A stretch of 64,000 nucleotides of DNA from positions 4,900,823 to 4,964,822 of the forward strand of contig NZ_AP017422.1 of NCBI RefSeq assembly GCF_002355595.1, given 5' to 3'. Under the pieces are notes generated by a model. That model was not told where the DNA came from and ran no database searches. It saw only the letters and a program-made list of their open reading frames with translations. The position numbers were made by a program, and so were the translations under genes. Each line of letters opens with the position of its first letter. Positions within the stretch are counted from its first letter, which is position 1. The stretch comes from Filimonas lacunae. Its GTDB lineage: Bacteria > Bacteroidota > Bacteroidia > Chitinophagales > Chitinophagaceae. This document shows positions 49,193 through 59,206 of this stretch, in pieces.

Positions 49193-49249
49193 GCTTAAAA
49201 AAACATATGGTAAATGTAAAAAAACGTTGTTTCGTATCCAATACGTATC

Positions 49250-49732
49250 TTGCCTGCTATGGAATTATTAGAAAATCAACTTACCGTAAAAATATCCACC
49301 CTTCCAAATGCCGGCAAGGGCCTGTTTACTAAAAAAGCGATTATCAAAGGTGATAAAATTGTAGAATACACGGGTAAAATCACTACCTGGAAAGAAGTAG
49401 AACATACAGAGGGCACTAACCCCTACATCTTTTATGTGAACAAAAACCATGTGATAGACGCCAGCAAAGACGAATCTTCTATTGCTAAATATGCCAATGA
49501 TGCCCGCGGATTAACCAGAATAACCGGACTGGTTAACAATACAGAATTTGTAGAAGAAGGCACCCGCGTGTTTCTGATAGCTACAAAAGACATTCCTAAA
49601 GGAGGTGAAATTTTTGTGGGATATGGTAAAGAGTATTGGGATACCGTGAAGTTCAATATGAAAATTGATAAAGATGCCGCTGCTAAAAAAGCTGCCGGGA
49701 CTAAAAAGAAAAAGAAGAAAGCTAAAAAATAA
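49250..49732 (+). CDS. Bacterial SET-domain (putative protein-lysine methyltransferase) protein with a C-terminal poly-lysine tail
   Basis: GKGLFTKKAIIKGDKIVEYTG (SET-N GxG region), YANDARG (pseudo-NHSC position) and GGEIFVGYGKEYW (SET-C ELxxDY-like). The C-terminus reads KDAAAKKAAGTKKKKKKAKK. Confidence 0.6.
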   Translation: MPAMELLENQLTVKISTLPNAGKGLFTKKAIIKGDKIVEYTGKITTWKEVEHTEGTNPYIFYVNKNHVIDASKDESSIAKYANDARGLTRITGLVNNTEFVEEGTRVFLIATKDIPKGGEIFVGYGKEYWDTVKFNMKIDKDAAAKKAAGTKKKKKKAKK

Positions 49733-49882
49733 AAGAACAAGGATAAGACTATCCCTGTTTTATCACTCTAAACATGAAAAAAATCCTGTTCCCGATATAA
49801 ACAATCCGTTGATAATACTTAACGGCCTTGCATTATACCCGGAACGTTTTATAAAATGCAGGCTAACTTCTGCTATAAGCAA

Positions 49883-49914
49883 CCGGATGTTTCATCCGGG
49901 ATAATTTGTTTTTT
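49883..49914 (+). terminator. Rho-independent terminator of the SET gene
   Basis: Stem ccggatg / catccgg around a ttt loop, followed by gataatttgtttttt. Confidence 0.5.
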
Positions 49915-50050
49915 CTCATATATACTTTCACGGTTAGTGAGTTGCGTTAAACAATGTGTTTCCGCTGTTTAACCATGCAAAAGTGTCATAAATAGTTATA
50001 ACATTAAAAAGTACTATGTGAAATGCGCTTTGCCCTATGCGAAATGAAGA

Positions 50051-50084
50051 AGGCGCCCCGTTTTTACAACCGGGGCGCCTTTTT
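50051..50084. terminator. GC-rich hairpin terminator downstream of the giant minus-strand gene
   Basis: 10-bp stem aggcgccccg / cggggcgcct followed by tttt. Confidence 0.5.
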
Positions 50085-50104
50085 AGTATACATTATCGTG
50101 GTTA

Positions 50105-53100
50105 TTAACGCAGTAAGGTTACAGAACCCTGCCTGTGAATAACACGTCCATCTCTGTCAACACCTTCTGCCACCCATACATAAGTAGCCAATGGTTGTAA
50201 CTCGCCGTTAACATAACCATCCCAGCCATTGGCGGCATCACTGGTTTCAAACACCTTTTTACCCCAGCGGTTAAACACGCGGAAGTAGTTCAGCTTTTCC
50301 ACGCCTCTCAGGTTAGGCAGCAACTTATCGTTCTGGCCATCCCCGTTAGGCGTAAACACGTTTGGCACCAGTATGTCGTTACTAATCAGCACCTGCACCA
50401 GCAGGGTATCGGTAGTAACACAGCCCGATGGGAAGGTCATGGCTATTTCATACGTCTGGCTATTGTTTAGGGTAACCGTTGGGTTATAAACAGTAGCAGC
50501 AGACAAGCCGGTAGCAGGCGTCCAGCTGTAAGCAGCAGTAGTATAATTACGACATGTTATTGCCAACGGCTGGCCATTGGATGCAAAGGCTGTATTTAAC
50601 CTTACGGCTGGCACAGGCGCTTCTACAGTAATAGCATGGGTTACTGTAGAGTCTAACACAGGACACTCTAACAAGCTCACCTTTAATACAACATTATACG
50701 TACCGGCAGCAGCATAAGTAAACTCCGGAGCAGCCACAGTGCTGGTTTGTCCGTTGCCACTTTCCCAGTTGTAATGTACCGTAGCACTGTTGTCTACAGC
50801 AGAGCTGTTGGTAAAGGACACCGGTACATCTTTACAATAGCTGTCGAAGCTAAATGCCGGCTGTGGGGCAAGCAGTTGTGTTACTGCCAGGTTATTGCCT
50901 GCCATAGCACTACAACCATAGGTATCGGTAGCTTTAGCGGCGTAGGTACCCGGCGCATTAGCCGTCAGTGCCCCCGTGGTGTTACCAGCCACAGTCGCAT
51001 TATTGTAATACCATTCAAACGTATAAGTTCCGGAAGCCTGTAATGGCAGCTGCTTACCTGTGCCACACAATATCAATCCCTGGCTGGCCGATAAAGTACT
51101 CACCGGCAGCGGCGTTACGGTTAACTGACCATTTACATAAGTAAATACATAATCAGCAGCAGCAGCACCGGAAGGCACAATTACATAATCCCCTGCGGCC
51201 GACTGTGCAGTAGCAGCAGAAGCAGCTGTTGGCTGTGCCGTTAACACGGTAACAGACTCGCTGTTTACCCAACCACTATAGCTAAAGGCATAGTCGGGAT
51301 TCGCCACGCCATAACAACGATTGGTATCCTTAGCCGTAATAGTTACCGTAGCTGGTTGAATGGTGAGGGCACCATTTACAAAGCTGATAGTATAGTTATC
51401 AGAAGTAACACCACCCGGGGTAATTACATACTGGTTTACATGCGCTGCTCCCTGCGAAGTACCAGTGTACACCATTGTGCCACCCAACACTCCCGGTTGT
51501 TCATTACTTACCAGGCCACTATAGGTAACGCCATTACCGCCATTGAAGGCTGTGCCATCGTAGGTTTTAGTACTGTCTTTAGCCGTAATGGTTAAGGCAG
51601 CTTTATCTATGGTAAGCGCACCATCCACATACGTGATAGCATAGTTACCCGAAGTAACACCACTGGCAGTGATGCTATAAGAACCCGCATCGGCAGCACC
51701 TTGTGCAGTGCCGCTGTAAGCAATATTACCCGACAACACAGCTGCATCTTCATCAGGTACAAAACCACTGTAAGTAACGCCATTGCCGCCACTAAAGGTA
51801 GTAGCGTCGTAGGTTTTGGCACTGTCAGTAGCTGTAATAGTTAAAGCTGCCTGGTTAATTTGTAAAGCACCGCTGGTATAGCTTACAGCATAGTTATCTG
51901 CTGTTAAACCACCCGGGGTTATTATATATATATTAGCATCTTTAGCGCCCTGTGAGGTGCCACTATAAGCCAGTGTACCGGTTAAAGCAGCAGTGGAATC
52001 TTCATTATTTACAAAACCACTGTAAGTAACACCATTGCCACCGCTAAAGGCAGTGCCATCGTAGGTTTTGGTGCTATCGGCAGCAGTTACGATTAAAGCC
52101 GCTTTATCAATAGTTAAAGCGCCATTGGCATAGCTGATGGTATAGTTATCAGCAGATAAGCCACCCGGCGTAATAACATAGGTATCGGCTTTGGTAGCGC
52201 CTTGTGCGCTGCCGCTATAAGCCAGCGTACCGGTTAAAGCAGCAGTAGAATCATCCCCTGTTACAAAACCAGTATAGCTAACACCATTACCACCACCAAA
52301 GGCCACACCGTCATATGTTTTGGCGCTATCCTTCGCAGTTACGGTTAAAGCAGCTTTGTCAATGGTTAAGCTACCATTAGCATAGCTGATGGTATAGTTA
52401 ACAGCCGTTAAACCACCCGGTGTAATAACATAGGTATTCGCATCTTTAGCTCCCTGAGAAGTACCACTATAGGTTACTGTACCGGTTAAGGCTGCCGTAG
52501 AATCATCACCTGTTACAAAACCGGCATATTCCAAACCATTACCATCGTTGAAGGCGGTACCATCGTAAGTTTTAGTACTGTCTTTTGCTGTGATGGTTAA
52601 TGCGGCTTTATCAATGGTTAAAGTACCATTGGTATAGCTGATAGCGTAGTTGCCCGCAGATAAACCACCCGGAGTAATGATATAGCTATCGGCATTAACA
52701 GCCCCTTGCGAGGTTCCACTGTAAATTACTGTTCCGGTTAACACAGCAGTGGAATCTTCTCCGTTTACAAAACCATTGTAAGTAACACCATTGCCACCGT
52801 TAAACGCAGTACCATCATAAACCCGGGTACTATCAGTAGCAGTGACGGTTAACGCAGCTTTATCAATAGTTAAAGCACCGTTTACATAGTTAATAGTATA
52901 GTTACCGGCAGATAAACCACCCGGTGTGATCATATAAGCATTGGCATCAACAGCTCCTTGCGAAGTACCCGTGTAAGTGAGGTTACCGGTTAAAGCAGCA
53001 GTAGAATCGTCTCCTGTTACAAAACCAGTATAGCTAACACCATTACCACCGCCAAAGGCCACACCGTCATAGGTTTTAGTGCTATCCTTGGCAGTTACAG

Positions 53101-56100
53101 TTAAAGCAGCTTTGTTTATAATTAAGCTACCATTAGCATAAGTGATAGTATAGTTGGCAGCCGATAATCCGGCAGGTGTAATTATATAAGTATTTACATT
53201 CTTAGCCCCCTGCGAAGTACCGCTATACGTTACCGTTCCGGTTAAAGCGGCAGTAGAATCATCCCCCGTTGCAAAACCGGTATAAGTTAATCCATTACCA
53301 CCGGTGTACCCTGTACCATCATAGGTTTTAGTGGTGTCTTTAGCAGCTACTGTTAAAGCAGCTTTGCTAATGGTTAAGGTTCCATCGGCGTAAGTAATAG
53401 CATAGTTATCAGCAGATAAACCACCCGGCGTAATAGCATAGGTGTTTACATTTTTAGCACCCTGTGAGGTGCCGGCATAAGTTACTGCGCCTGTTAAAGC
53501 CGCAGTGGAGTCATCGCCGTTTACAAAGCCGCTGTAAGCAATACCATTGCCACCGCCAAAACCTGTGCCACTGTAAACAACCGTACTGTCTTTAGCCGTA
53601 ACGGTTAAGGCAGCTTTGTTAATAGTTAAAGCAAACAGCACATTAGTTGCCGGTGCATAAGTAGCATCGCCCGCCTGACTCATGGTAATGTTTACTACAC
53701 CCGCTTTCTTTGCTTTTATTTTCCAGCTATTATTATCAGCAGCATCCTGGAACACTTCTGCAATAGTGTTATCTGCCGAACTCAAAGCAACCGTTAAGCC
53801 TGAACTGGCAGCAAAGGCCCTGGTAAACACATCACCATATACTACAGTAGTATCAGTCAATGCAGTAATGGTTTGAGATGCTAACTGCAATTCATAAGCG
53901 CCCTGGTCAATAGCAGCTCCCATAAAACGGGCATTGCCGGCCAGATCTGTAGTAATAGTATCATTTGCATGGTAAATGCTATCATATCCTGCATTTATAG
54001 CCGGACTGACAGATTGTAAACTATAGTTACCACCTACAAATGGTGCTGAAGTAAAAGCATTGCTACTTACAAATAACGGATCTATGTCCGTGATATGATT
54101 AGCAGCATCAGCTGTGGCCTCCTGAATGGTGCTGTACATAGCATTATAGGTTCCTGAAATACCAGCACCATTACCATATATGATACTATTGAGCACAGAA
54201 ACCGGAGAAGATCCTGCATTAAGAATAGCCGTTTTATTATTACCGCTGATGGTACTGTTAATTACCTTCAATGTACCATTAGCTATGCGAATAATACCAT
54301 AATCGGTAGTAGCAGTATTGTAGTTGCCGGTTATCTGTGTATTCAGGAACACCACATTAGAGCCAGCGCTATTCAAATAGCCTACAGCAATGTAAGTACC
54401 GGCAACACAACCTTTTATAGTACAGTTTTCGAACAGAACATTTGCGTTACTGGCAGTACTGAAAGCTCCACCCATTGCAAGACAAGTGTCTCTTAAAAAT
54501 TCACATTTATAAAAGGTAAGTTTAGAAGCGATGCCGCTGGCATAGAAAGCGCCCCCCAGTGTAGTGGCTTTGTTATCGTTAAAAGAGGATTGCTGAAAAT
54601 AAGCAATTGCATTGTCTCCACAATAGAGCGCTCCTGCAGCTACTGATGAAGTGTTGTTATTAAAAGACGATTGGCGGCAATAAACGGTAGCTGCTGTGGT
54701 AAAGTAAAACATACCACCGATGGCACTCGCCGACCCTGAAATGGAATTATAGCTGCCGGTACAATTTTCCAGTTGCACAGTAGCATAAGTAGCATACATA
54801 CCTGCGCCATATACCAGGCCCGAATTATTAGTAATATTCACACGCCGGAATGTGGCATTTGCCATTACATCACCCGATCCTGCATACACTGCTGCCCCTG
54901 CTCCTCTATTGTTATAATTATTGGTAAGCACCATATCTTCAATTAAAAGCGCAGCGCTTCTTACTGTTATCCCACCACCAAATTCAAGATTAGAATTCAC
55001 CCCGTTTACCACAACGTTACCTGAAATCTCAGCATAGGCTCCTGAAATGGTAAAGCCACTGATTAAAGCCTGGCCCATTTCACCAGCTGCTATTACTACA
55101 CGATAAGTGTTATCTGACCTGGTTCCTGCTGTACCTATATCGCCACTTAAAATAGTAGTATTAGTAGTAAAGTTACGGCCGGTAGTATCCGTTTCGTTCC
55201 CGGCAAAGCCACCATAGATTTTGGTATCTTTTACCAGCACAAAAGAGTTATAACGGTTTGTATTGGTATTTGCCCCACCAGTAGCATCGTTAGCAGGATA
55301 AGCAGGATAATAAGTTCCCTTAGCCACCCATATTTGCTTTACTTTACCTGCAGCAACAGCATTCATAATAGCAGTCTCTTTTAAAGCATCTGCCACCTCT
55401 CCCACTGCGTTAGCCCAACTGCTACCATTACCGGTACCGCCTTTTTTCACAAAAAGAACTCCGTTAGCATCGGTAGCAAGTGAAATCACCAATTTTCCAT
55501 TGGCGTAAGTAATAGTATAGTTATCTGCCAATAAACCGGCAGGCGTATTAGTATAGGTTCCCCTACTGATAGCCCCCTGCGCAGTACCGCTGTAAGTAAG
55601 CGCCCCTGTTAAGGCGGAAGTAGAATCATCCCCATTTACAAAACCGCTGTAGATAGCACCATTACCACCGCTAAAAGCAGCACCGGTATAAGCGATCACG
55701 CTATCTTTAGCCGTAACTGTTAAAGCAGCTTTATTGACAGTAACAGCAAACACCACATCTGGCGCTGCTGCATTATAATAACTATTGCCTGCCTGACTGG
55801 CTGTAATGTTTACAGCACCGGCACCTTTTATTTTTAATTTCCATTTATTACCATCTGCTGCATCCTGATAAGGCTGGGCTATAGCATTATTAGCAGAACT
55901 ATAGCTTACCGTTAAACCAGAAGTGGCTGTACCAGTTAATACCATAGCAGCATCACCATAAGTAGCTGTAATATCTGCTATGGCATTGATGGTTTGGGCC
56001 TGCTTCACAAACTGCAATTCATATGCACCTAAATCTATAGAATCTTTAGAAATACGTGGCTGGCCATCCAGATCCACCGCAGTAGCACCACTTACCTGGT

Positions 56101-57895
56101 TATATAAATACAACGCACCAGTATCTCTGACAGGACTGCTGTTCTGCAAACGATAATCGCCATTGGTAAACGGTGCATTAATATAAGCCACCGGGCTTAC
56201 AAACGACGGATCCTTGTTTATCACATGGCTGGCTGCATCCTCTGTTGCATCCTGTAGCAAAGACCAGGTAGTGCTTCCCGAAAAAGCTACTCCCGTACTA
56301 TTTCCATACACAATACAGTTTTGCAGTGTTTGCGGAGAAGTGCTGGATATAGCTCCCCATACTGTACCCGTGGCAATAACCTTGTTGCCACAGATGGTTA
56401 CATTGGTAAATTTGCAGGGATTTGACGCTGCACAAAGAACACCTCCACCATCGCTGGCAGCTGCATTACCGGCAATAAGCACATTCGCAGCTGATATCCC
56501 CTCCGAAGTATATAATCCACCACCAGTAGTAGCAGCATAACAACCCATGATAGAATCACTGATAAACGTAGTTGTACCGCTGTTATACACCCCACCACCG
56601 TATGCAGCAGAATCTCTCAGGAAAGAACAATGGGTAACAGACAAAGCAATACTTGAAAACAAGCCCCCTCCCATGTTCCCTGCTTTATTATCCCAGAACC
56701 GGCAACTATCTAATGTACTAGCTGCCTGGGTAAAATATCCGCCGCCGCCATTTCCATTAACGCTATTCGTACTTTTATTGTTGAGAATTGTACAATTTTT
56801 GAAAGTAGAAGTTGCCTGAGAATACACGCCACCACCAAAATTGAGCGAAGTATTTCCTTCCAGCACACTGTTTTTCAAAGTCAGTATACCATTATTAGCC
56901 TGCATAATCGCACCACCAATACTGGTAGCTGTATTGTTCTTAAAAATAGAATTAGACAATACAGAATTAGCAGTAATAGTATATAAACCACCACCGCCAG
57001 TTGCTGTATTATTATGAATATTCAAATCATGAAATGCAGCTGTAACAGTTACTATATACAATCCTCCACCCTGATAAGCAGCGTTACTATATAGTTCGCT
57101 ATTGCTTAACACAGGCGTACCCGTTCCAGCTACACGTATCCCACCTCCCATGGAGGTGGAAGTATTAGTAGTAGTACTAACATTGTTATCTACTACTATA
57201 TTGGTAAGCACCGGCGAAGAAGCACCTTCTATAGTAACACCACCGCCACCTGCATAAGCTGTGTTGCCCGTAACACGAACATTGGTAACATAAGGAGAAG
57301 CATTCATAATATACAATCCTCCGCCGCGGTTGATAGCAACACTCACTCCGTTTACTACTCTGGAACTGGTTGCAGTAGACGTATAACCACCTGTAATAGT
57401 AAAACCGTTTAACAATACCTGCCCCGATAAATTACTGGCAATTACTACATGGTACGCATTGTCTGTAGCCGTACCCGCCACATTAAGGTCGCCACTTAAT
57501 ATACTGGCATTGGCCGTATTGGTTAAATCGCGGGCAGCCGTGTCTGTTTCAGTTCCCGCAAAACCGCCATATACCTTTACATTATCCAGCAATACAAACG
57601 AATTGGTTACATCGGTAGTAGTAGCTGCACCAGCTGATCCGTCATACTGCGCATACAAAGGATAATACGTACCTGCCGCTACCCATATTTGTTTTACGGT
57701 TCCTGGAGTACTGTTTAAGGAAGTGCCATCTTTTAAAGCCTTGGCCATTTCGCCCAATGCATTGGCCCAGCTGCTGCCGTTACCGGTGCTGCCTTTTTTT
57801 ACATACAATATGCCATTGGCATCGGGTGTTGTTTGTGCCTGCGCCCAACCCAGGGTTAGGATACACAACAGGGAAAACAGGATAATCTTTTTCAT
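50105..57895 (-). CDS. Giant T9SS type-B cargo / adhesin-like protein with right-handed beta-helix modules, tandem MBG-like repeats and a gliding-motility-associated C-terminal (CHU_C) sorting domain
   Basis: Signal peptide from M at 57895 (MKKIILFSLLCILTLGWAQAQ); the longest ORF starts at 57919. Gly/Asn/Thr-rich parallel beta-helix repeats. About 10 tandem copies of (K/Q)AALTVTAKDSTKTYDG...YTGFVxGDDSTAALTG. The C-terminus VFTPNGDGQNDKL...FNRWGKKVFE...GWDG is the type-B T9SS sorting domain. Confidence 0.8.
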   Translation of the reverse strand: MKKIILFSLLCILTLGWAQAQTTPDANGILYVKKGSTGNGSSWANALGEMAKALKDGTSLNSTPGTVKQIWVAAGTYYPLYAQYDGSAGAATTTDVTNSFVLLDNVKVYGGFAGTETDTAARDLTNTANASILSGDLNVAGTATDNAYHVVIASNLSGQVLLNGFTITGGYTSTATSSRVVNGVSVAINRGGGLYIMNASPYVTNVRVTGNTAYAGGGGVTIEGASSPVLTNIVVDNNVSTTTNTSTSMGGGIRVAGTGTPVLSNSELYSNAAYQGGGLYIVTVTAAFHDLNIHNNTATGGGGLYTITANSVLSNSIFKNNTATSIGGAIMQANNGILTLKNSVLEGNTSLNFGGGVYSQATSTFKNCTILNNKSTNSVNGNGGGGYFTQAASTLDSCRFWDNKAGNMGGGLFSSIALSVTHCSFLRDSAAYGGGVYNSGTTTFISDSIMGCYAATTGGGLYTSEGISAANVLIAGNAAASDGGGVLCAASNPCKFTNVTICGNKVIATGTVWGAISSTSPQTLQNCIVYGNSTGVAFSGSTTWSLLQDATEDAASHVINKDPSFVSPVAYINAPFTNGDYRLQNSSPVRDTGALYLYNQVSGATAVDLDGQPRISKDSIDLGAYELQFVKQAQTINAIADITATYGDAAMVLTGTATSGLTVSYSSANNAIAQPYQDAADGNKWKLKIKGAGAVNITASQAGNSYYNAAAPDVVFAVTVNKAALTVTAKDSVIAYTGAAFSGGNGAIYSGFVNGDDSTSALTGALTYSGTAQGAISRGTYTNTPAGLLADNYTITYANGKLVISLATDANGVLFVKKGGTGNGSSWANAVGEVADALKETAIMNAVAAGKVKQIWVAKGTYYPAYPANDATGGANTNTNRYNSFVLVKDTKIYGGFAGNETDTTGRNFTTNTTILSGDIGTAGTRSDNTYRVVIAAGEMGQALISGFTISGAYAEISGNVVVNGVNSNLEFGGGITVRSAALLIEDMVLTNNYNNRGAGAAVYAGSGDVMANATFRRVNITNNSGLVYGAGMYATYATVQLENCTGSYNSISGSASAIGGMFYFTTAATVYCRQSSFNNNTSSVAAGALYCGDNAIAYFQQSSFNDNKATTLGGAFYASGIASKLTFYKCEFLRDTCLAMGGAFSTASNANVLFENCTIKGCVAGTYIAVGYLNSAGSNVVFLNTQITGNYNTATTDYGIIRIANGTLKVINSTISGNNKTAILNAGSSPVSVLNSIIYGNGAGISGTYNAMYSTIQEATADAANHITDIDPLFVSSNAFTSAPFVGGNYSLQSVSPAINAGYDSIYHANDTITTDLAGNARFMGAAIDQGAYELQLASQTITALTDTTVVYGDVFTRAFAASSGLTVALSSADNTIAEVFQDAADNNSWKIKAKKAGVVNITMSQAGDATYAPATNVLFALTINKAALTVTAKDSTVVYSGTGFGGGNGIAYSGFVNGDDSTAALTGAVTYAGTSQGAKNVNTYAITPGGLSADNYAITYADGTLTISKAALTVAAKDTTKTYDGTGYTGGNGLTYTGFATGDDSTAALTGTVTYSGTSQGAKNVNTYIITPAGLSAANYTITYANGSLIINKAALTVTAKDSTKTYDGVAFGGGNGVSYTGFVTGDDSTAALTGNLTYTGTSQGAVDANAYMITPGGLSAGNYTINYVNGALTIDKAALTVTATDSTRVYDGTAFNGGNGVTYNGFVNGEDSTAVLTGTVIYSGTSQGAVNADSYIITPGGLSAGNYAISYTNGTLTIDKAALTITAKDSTKTYDGTAFNDGNGLEYAGFVTGDDSTAALTGTVTYSGTSQGAKDANTYVITPGGLTAVNYTISYANGSLTIDKAALTVTAKDSAKTYDGVAFGGGNGVSYTGFVTGDDSTAALTGTLAYSGSAQGATKADTYVITPGGLSADNYTISYANGALTIDKAALIVTAADSTKTYDGTAFSGGNGVTYSGFVNNEDSTAALTGTLAYSGTSQGAKDANIYIITPGGLTADNYAVSYTSGALQINQAALTITATDSAKTYDATTFSGGNGVTYSGFVPDEDAAVLSGNIAYSGTAQGAADAGSYSITASGVTSGNYAITYVDGALTIDKAALTITAKDSTKTYDGTAFNGGNGVTYSGLVSNEQPGVLGGTMVYTGTSQGAAHVNQYVITPGGVTSDNYTISFVNGALTIQPATVTITAKDTNRCYGVANPDYAFSYSGWVNSESVTVLTAQPTAASAATAQSAAGDYVIVPSGAAAADYVFTYVNGQLTVTPLPVSTLSASQGLILCGTGKQLPLQASGTYTFEWYYNNATVAGNTTGALTANAPGTYAAKATDTYGCSAMAGNNLAVTQLLAPQPAFSFDSYCKDVPVSFTNSSAVDNSATVHYNWESGNGQTSTVAAPEFTYAAAGTYNVVLKVSLLECPVLDSTVTHAITVEAPVPAVRLNTAFASNGQPLAITCRNYTTAAYSWTPATGLSAATVYNPTVTLNNSQTYEIAMTFPSGCVTTDTLLVQVLISNDILVPNVFTPNGDGQNDKLLPNLRGVEKLNYFRVFNRWGKKVFETSDAANGWDGYVNGELQPLATYVWVAEGVDRDGRVIHRQGSVTLLR
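51340..53650. repeat. In-frame tandem DNA repeats (~252-bp period, ~9-10 copies) encoding MBG-like ~84-aa domains within the giant gene
   Basis: The motif gttaaagcagctttatcaatggttaaagcacc recurs at ~51591, 51838, 52093, 52338, 52596, 52846, 53101, 53352 and 53606. An outlying copy is at 55717. Confidence 0.6.
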
Positions 57896-57987
57896 CTTAG
57901 AAAAGGAGGTTATTTCCATGATTGAATACAGGAAACTGCTGCCACTTTTTTACAGTGGTGCAGTAGATATAAAAATGTATAGAGGGA

Positions 57988-58992
57988 TTAGTAAGTAACT
58001 ACCGGGCTGGCGGCCACCTTTTGTGTATGCCCTTTGCCCATTTGCCATACAAACGACAACTCCAGGCTTTGTACAGAAGCATTGCTTGCTGCGCCGGAGG
58101 TAACAAAATCGTAAGTAAGCCCTACCAGCCAGTTTTTGGTTTCCAGTGCAAAGTAAGGATACCAGGCATCGCCAAAGCGATTCCAAACGCCTACGTTTAC
58201 ACTGCGCAGCAGTTCGTCGTTCACACCTATTTTATATATACCACCCAGGGTATAAATGCTGTTGTCACCCTGCAACTCGGCCAGTGAACTGAAATGAAGA
58301 GAGTTATTATAGCCTACCTGCATCCAGCCACCTGCTTGCAAAGTGGTTTTGGTAGGCATATTATAGGTAGTATTACTGTAAGCACCTTCGCGGGGTTTGT
58401 TGGCATGGAACAGTGCACCGCCAGCAGACAAGCCAAATTTTTCAGCAGTATAGCTGTAAGTTAATCCCGCACTTACGTCCAAATAGGTATTCTTTTGAAT
58501 AGTAATACCGTCATTGGCAGGTATGCTGCGTTGAAAACCCATAGAGCCTAACTGCGATTGAAAGAGAAATTTACTGGCATCGAGTACCCGGTTGGCATAG
58601 GTGCCGGTAAGCCCTGCCCCCAGCATATGCCTGCCTTGTGCATCCAGCGTAATATGATAAGCAGCGGATAAAGAGAAGTAGTTGTTTTTTAAAATACCAC
58701 CGTTCGATTGGTCGCTTAAAGCCACTAAACCTAATCCCCAGTAGTTTTGTCCGTTGCCCAGCCTTTTTTCCAGCGAAGCGGTTTCGGTAAAATACGGTTT
58801 AATAGATTGCCCCCACCATTGCGAGCGCATATTGATGGCACCGCGCCAATCATCTACCCCTTTGGCAGTTAAGGCCGGGTTCACCAACATGGGAGCACTA
58901 AAATATTGCGAAAAATGCGGGTCTTGAGCTTGTAGGGCTTCACTAGTGAACAAAACATAGCAACTCAGAAGCAGGTACTTCAGTTGTTTCAT
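57988..58992 (-). CDS. PorP/SprF-family type IX secretion membrane protein
   Basis: Signal peptide followed by QDPHFSQYFSAPMLVNPALTA, the PorP/SprF N-terminal signature. It lies directly downstream of the type-B cargo gene, as usual for this family. 334 aa. Confidence 0.8.
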   Translation of the reverse strand: MKQLKYLLLSCYVLFTSEALQAQDPHFSQYFSAPMLVNPALTAKGVDDWRGAINMRSQWWGQSIKPYFTETASLEKRLGNGQNYWGLGLVALSDQSNGGILKNNYFSLSAAYHITLDAQGRHMLGAGLTGTYANRVLDASKFLFQSQLGSMGFQRSIPANDGITIQKNTYLDVSAGLTYSYTAEKFGLSAGGALFHANKPREGAYSNTTYNMPTKTTLQAGGWMQVGYNNSLHFSSLAELQGDNSIYTLGGIYKIGVNDELLRSVNVGVWNRFGDAWYPYFALETKNWLVGLTYDFVTSGAASNASVQSLELSFVWQMGKGHTQKVAASPVVTY

Positions 58993-59206
58993 TGGTATTC
59001 AGTTTTTTACGAGCAGTGTTGAAAAAGTAAGGATAAACTCCTTAAAACAAGGGGCAAAAATAACTTATATAAGGTATATATCCAGTCCCGTTTCTTAAAC
59101 AGGACAATTTCAGACACAAAAAAGCCGCTTATCATTATAATAATGTAAGCGGCCATGTAACACTCTAAAACGTCAAGGGGAATGCAAACGCATTTACAAA
59201 CAGCAA

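Noticed and set aside
51340-53650. Regularly spaced ~250-bp direct repeats examined as a possible CRISPR array or satellite
   Set aside because: The period is far too long for CRISPR and there are no short unique spacers. The repeats are in-frame coding repeats (MBG-like domains) of the giant adhesin gene.
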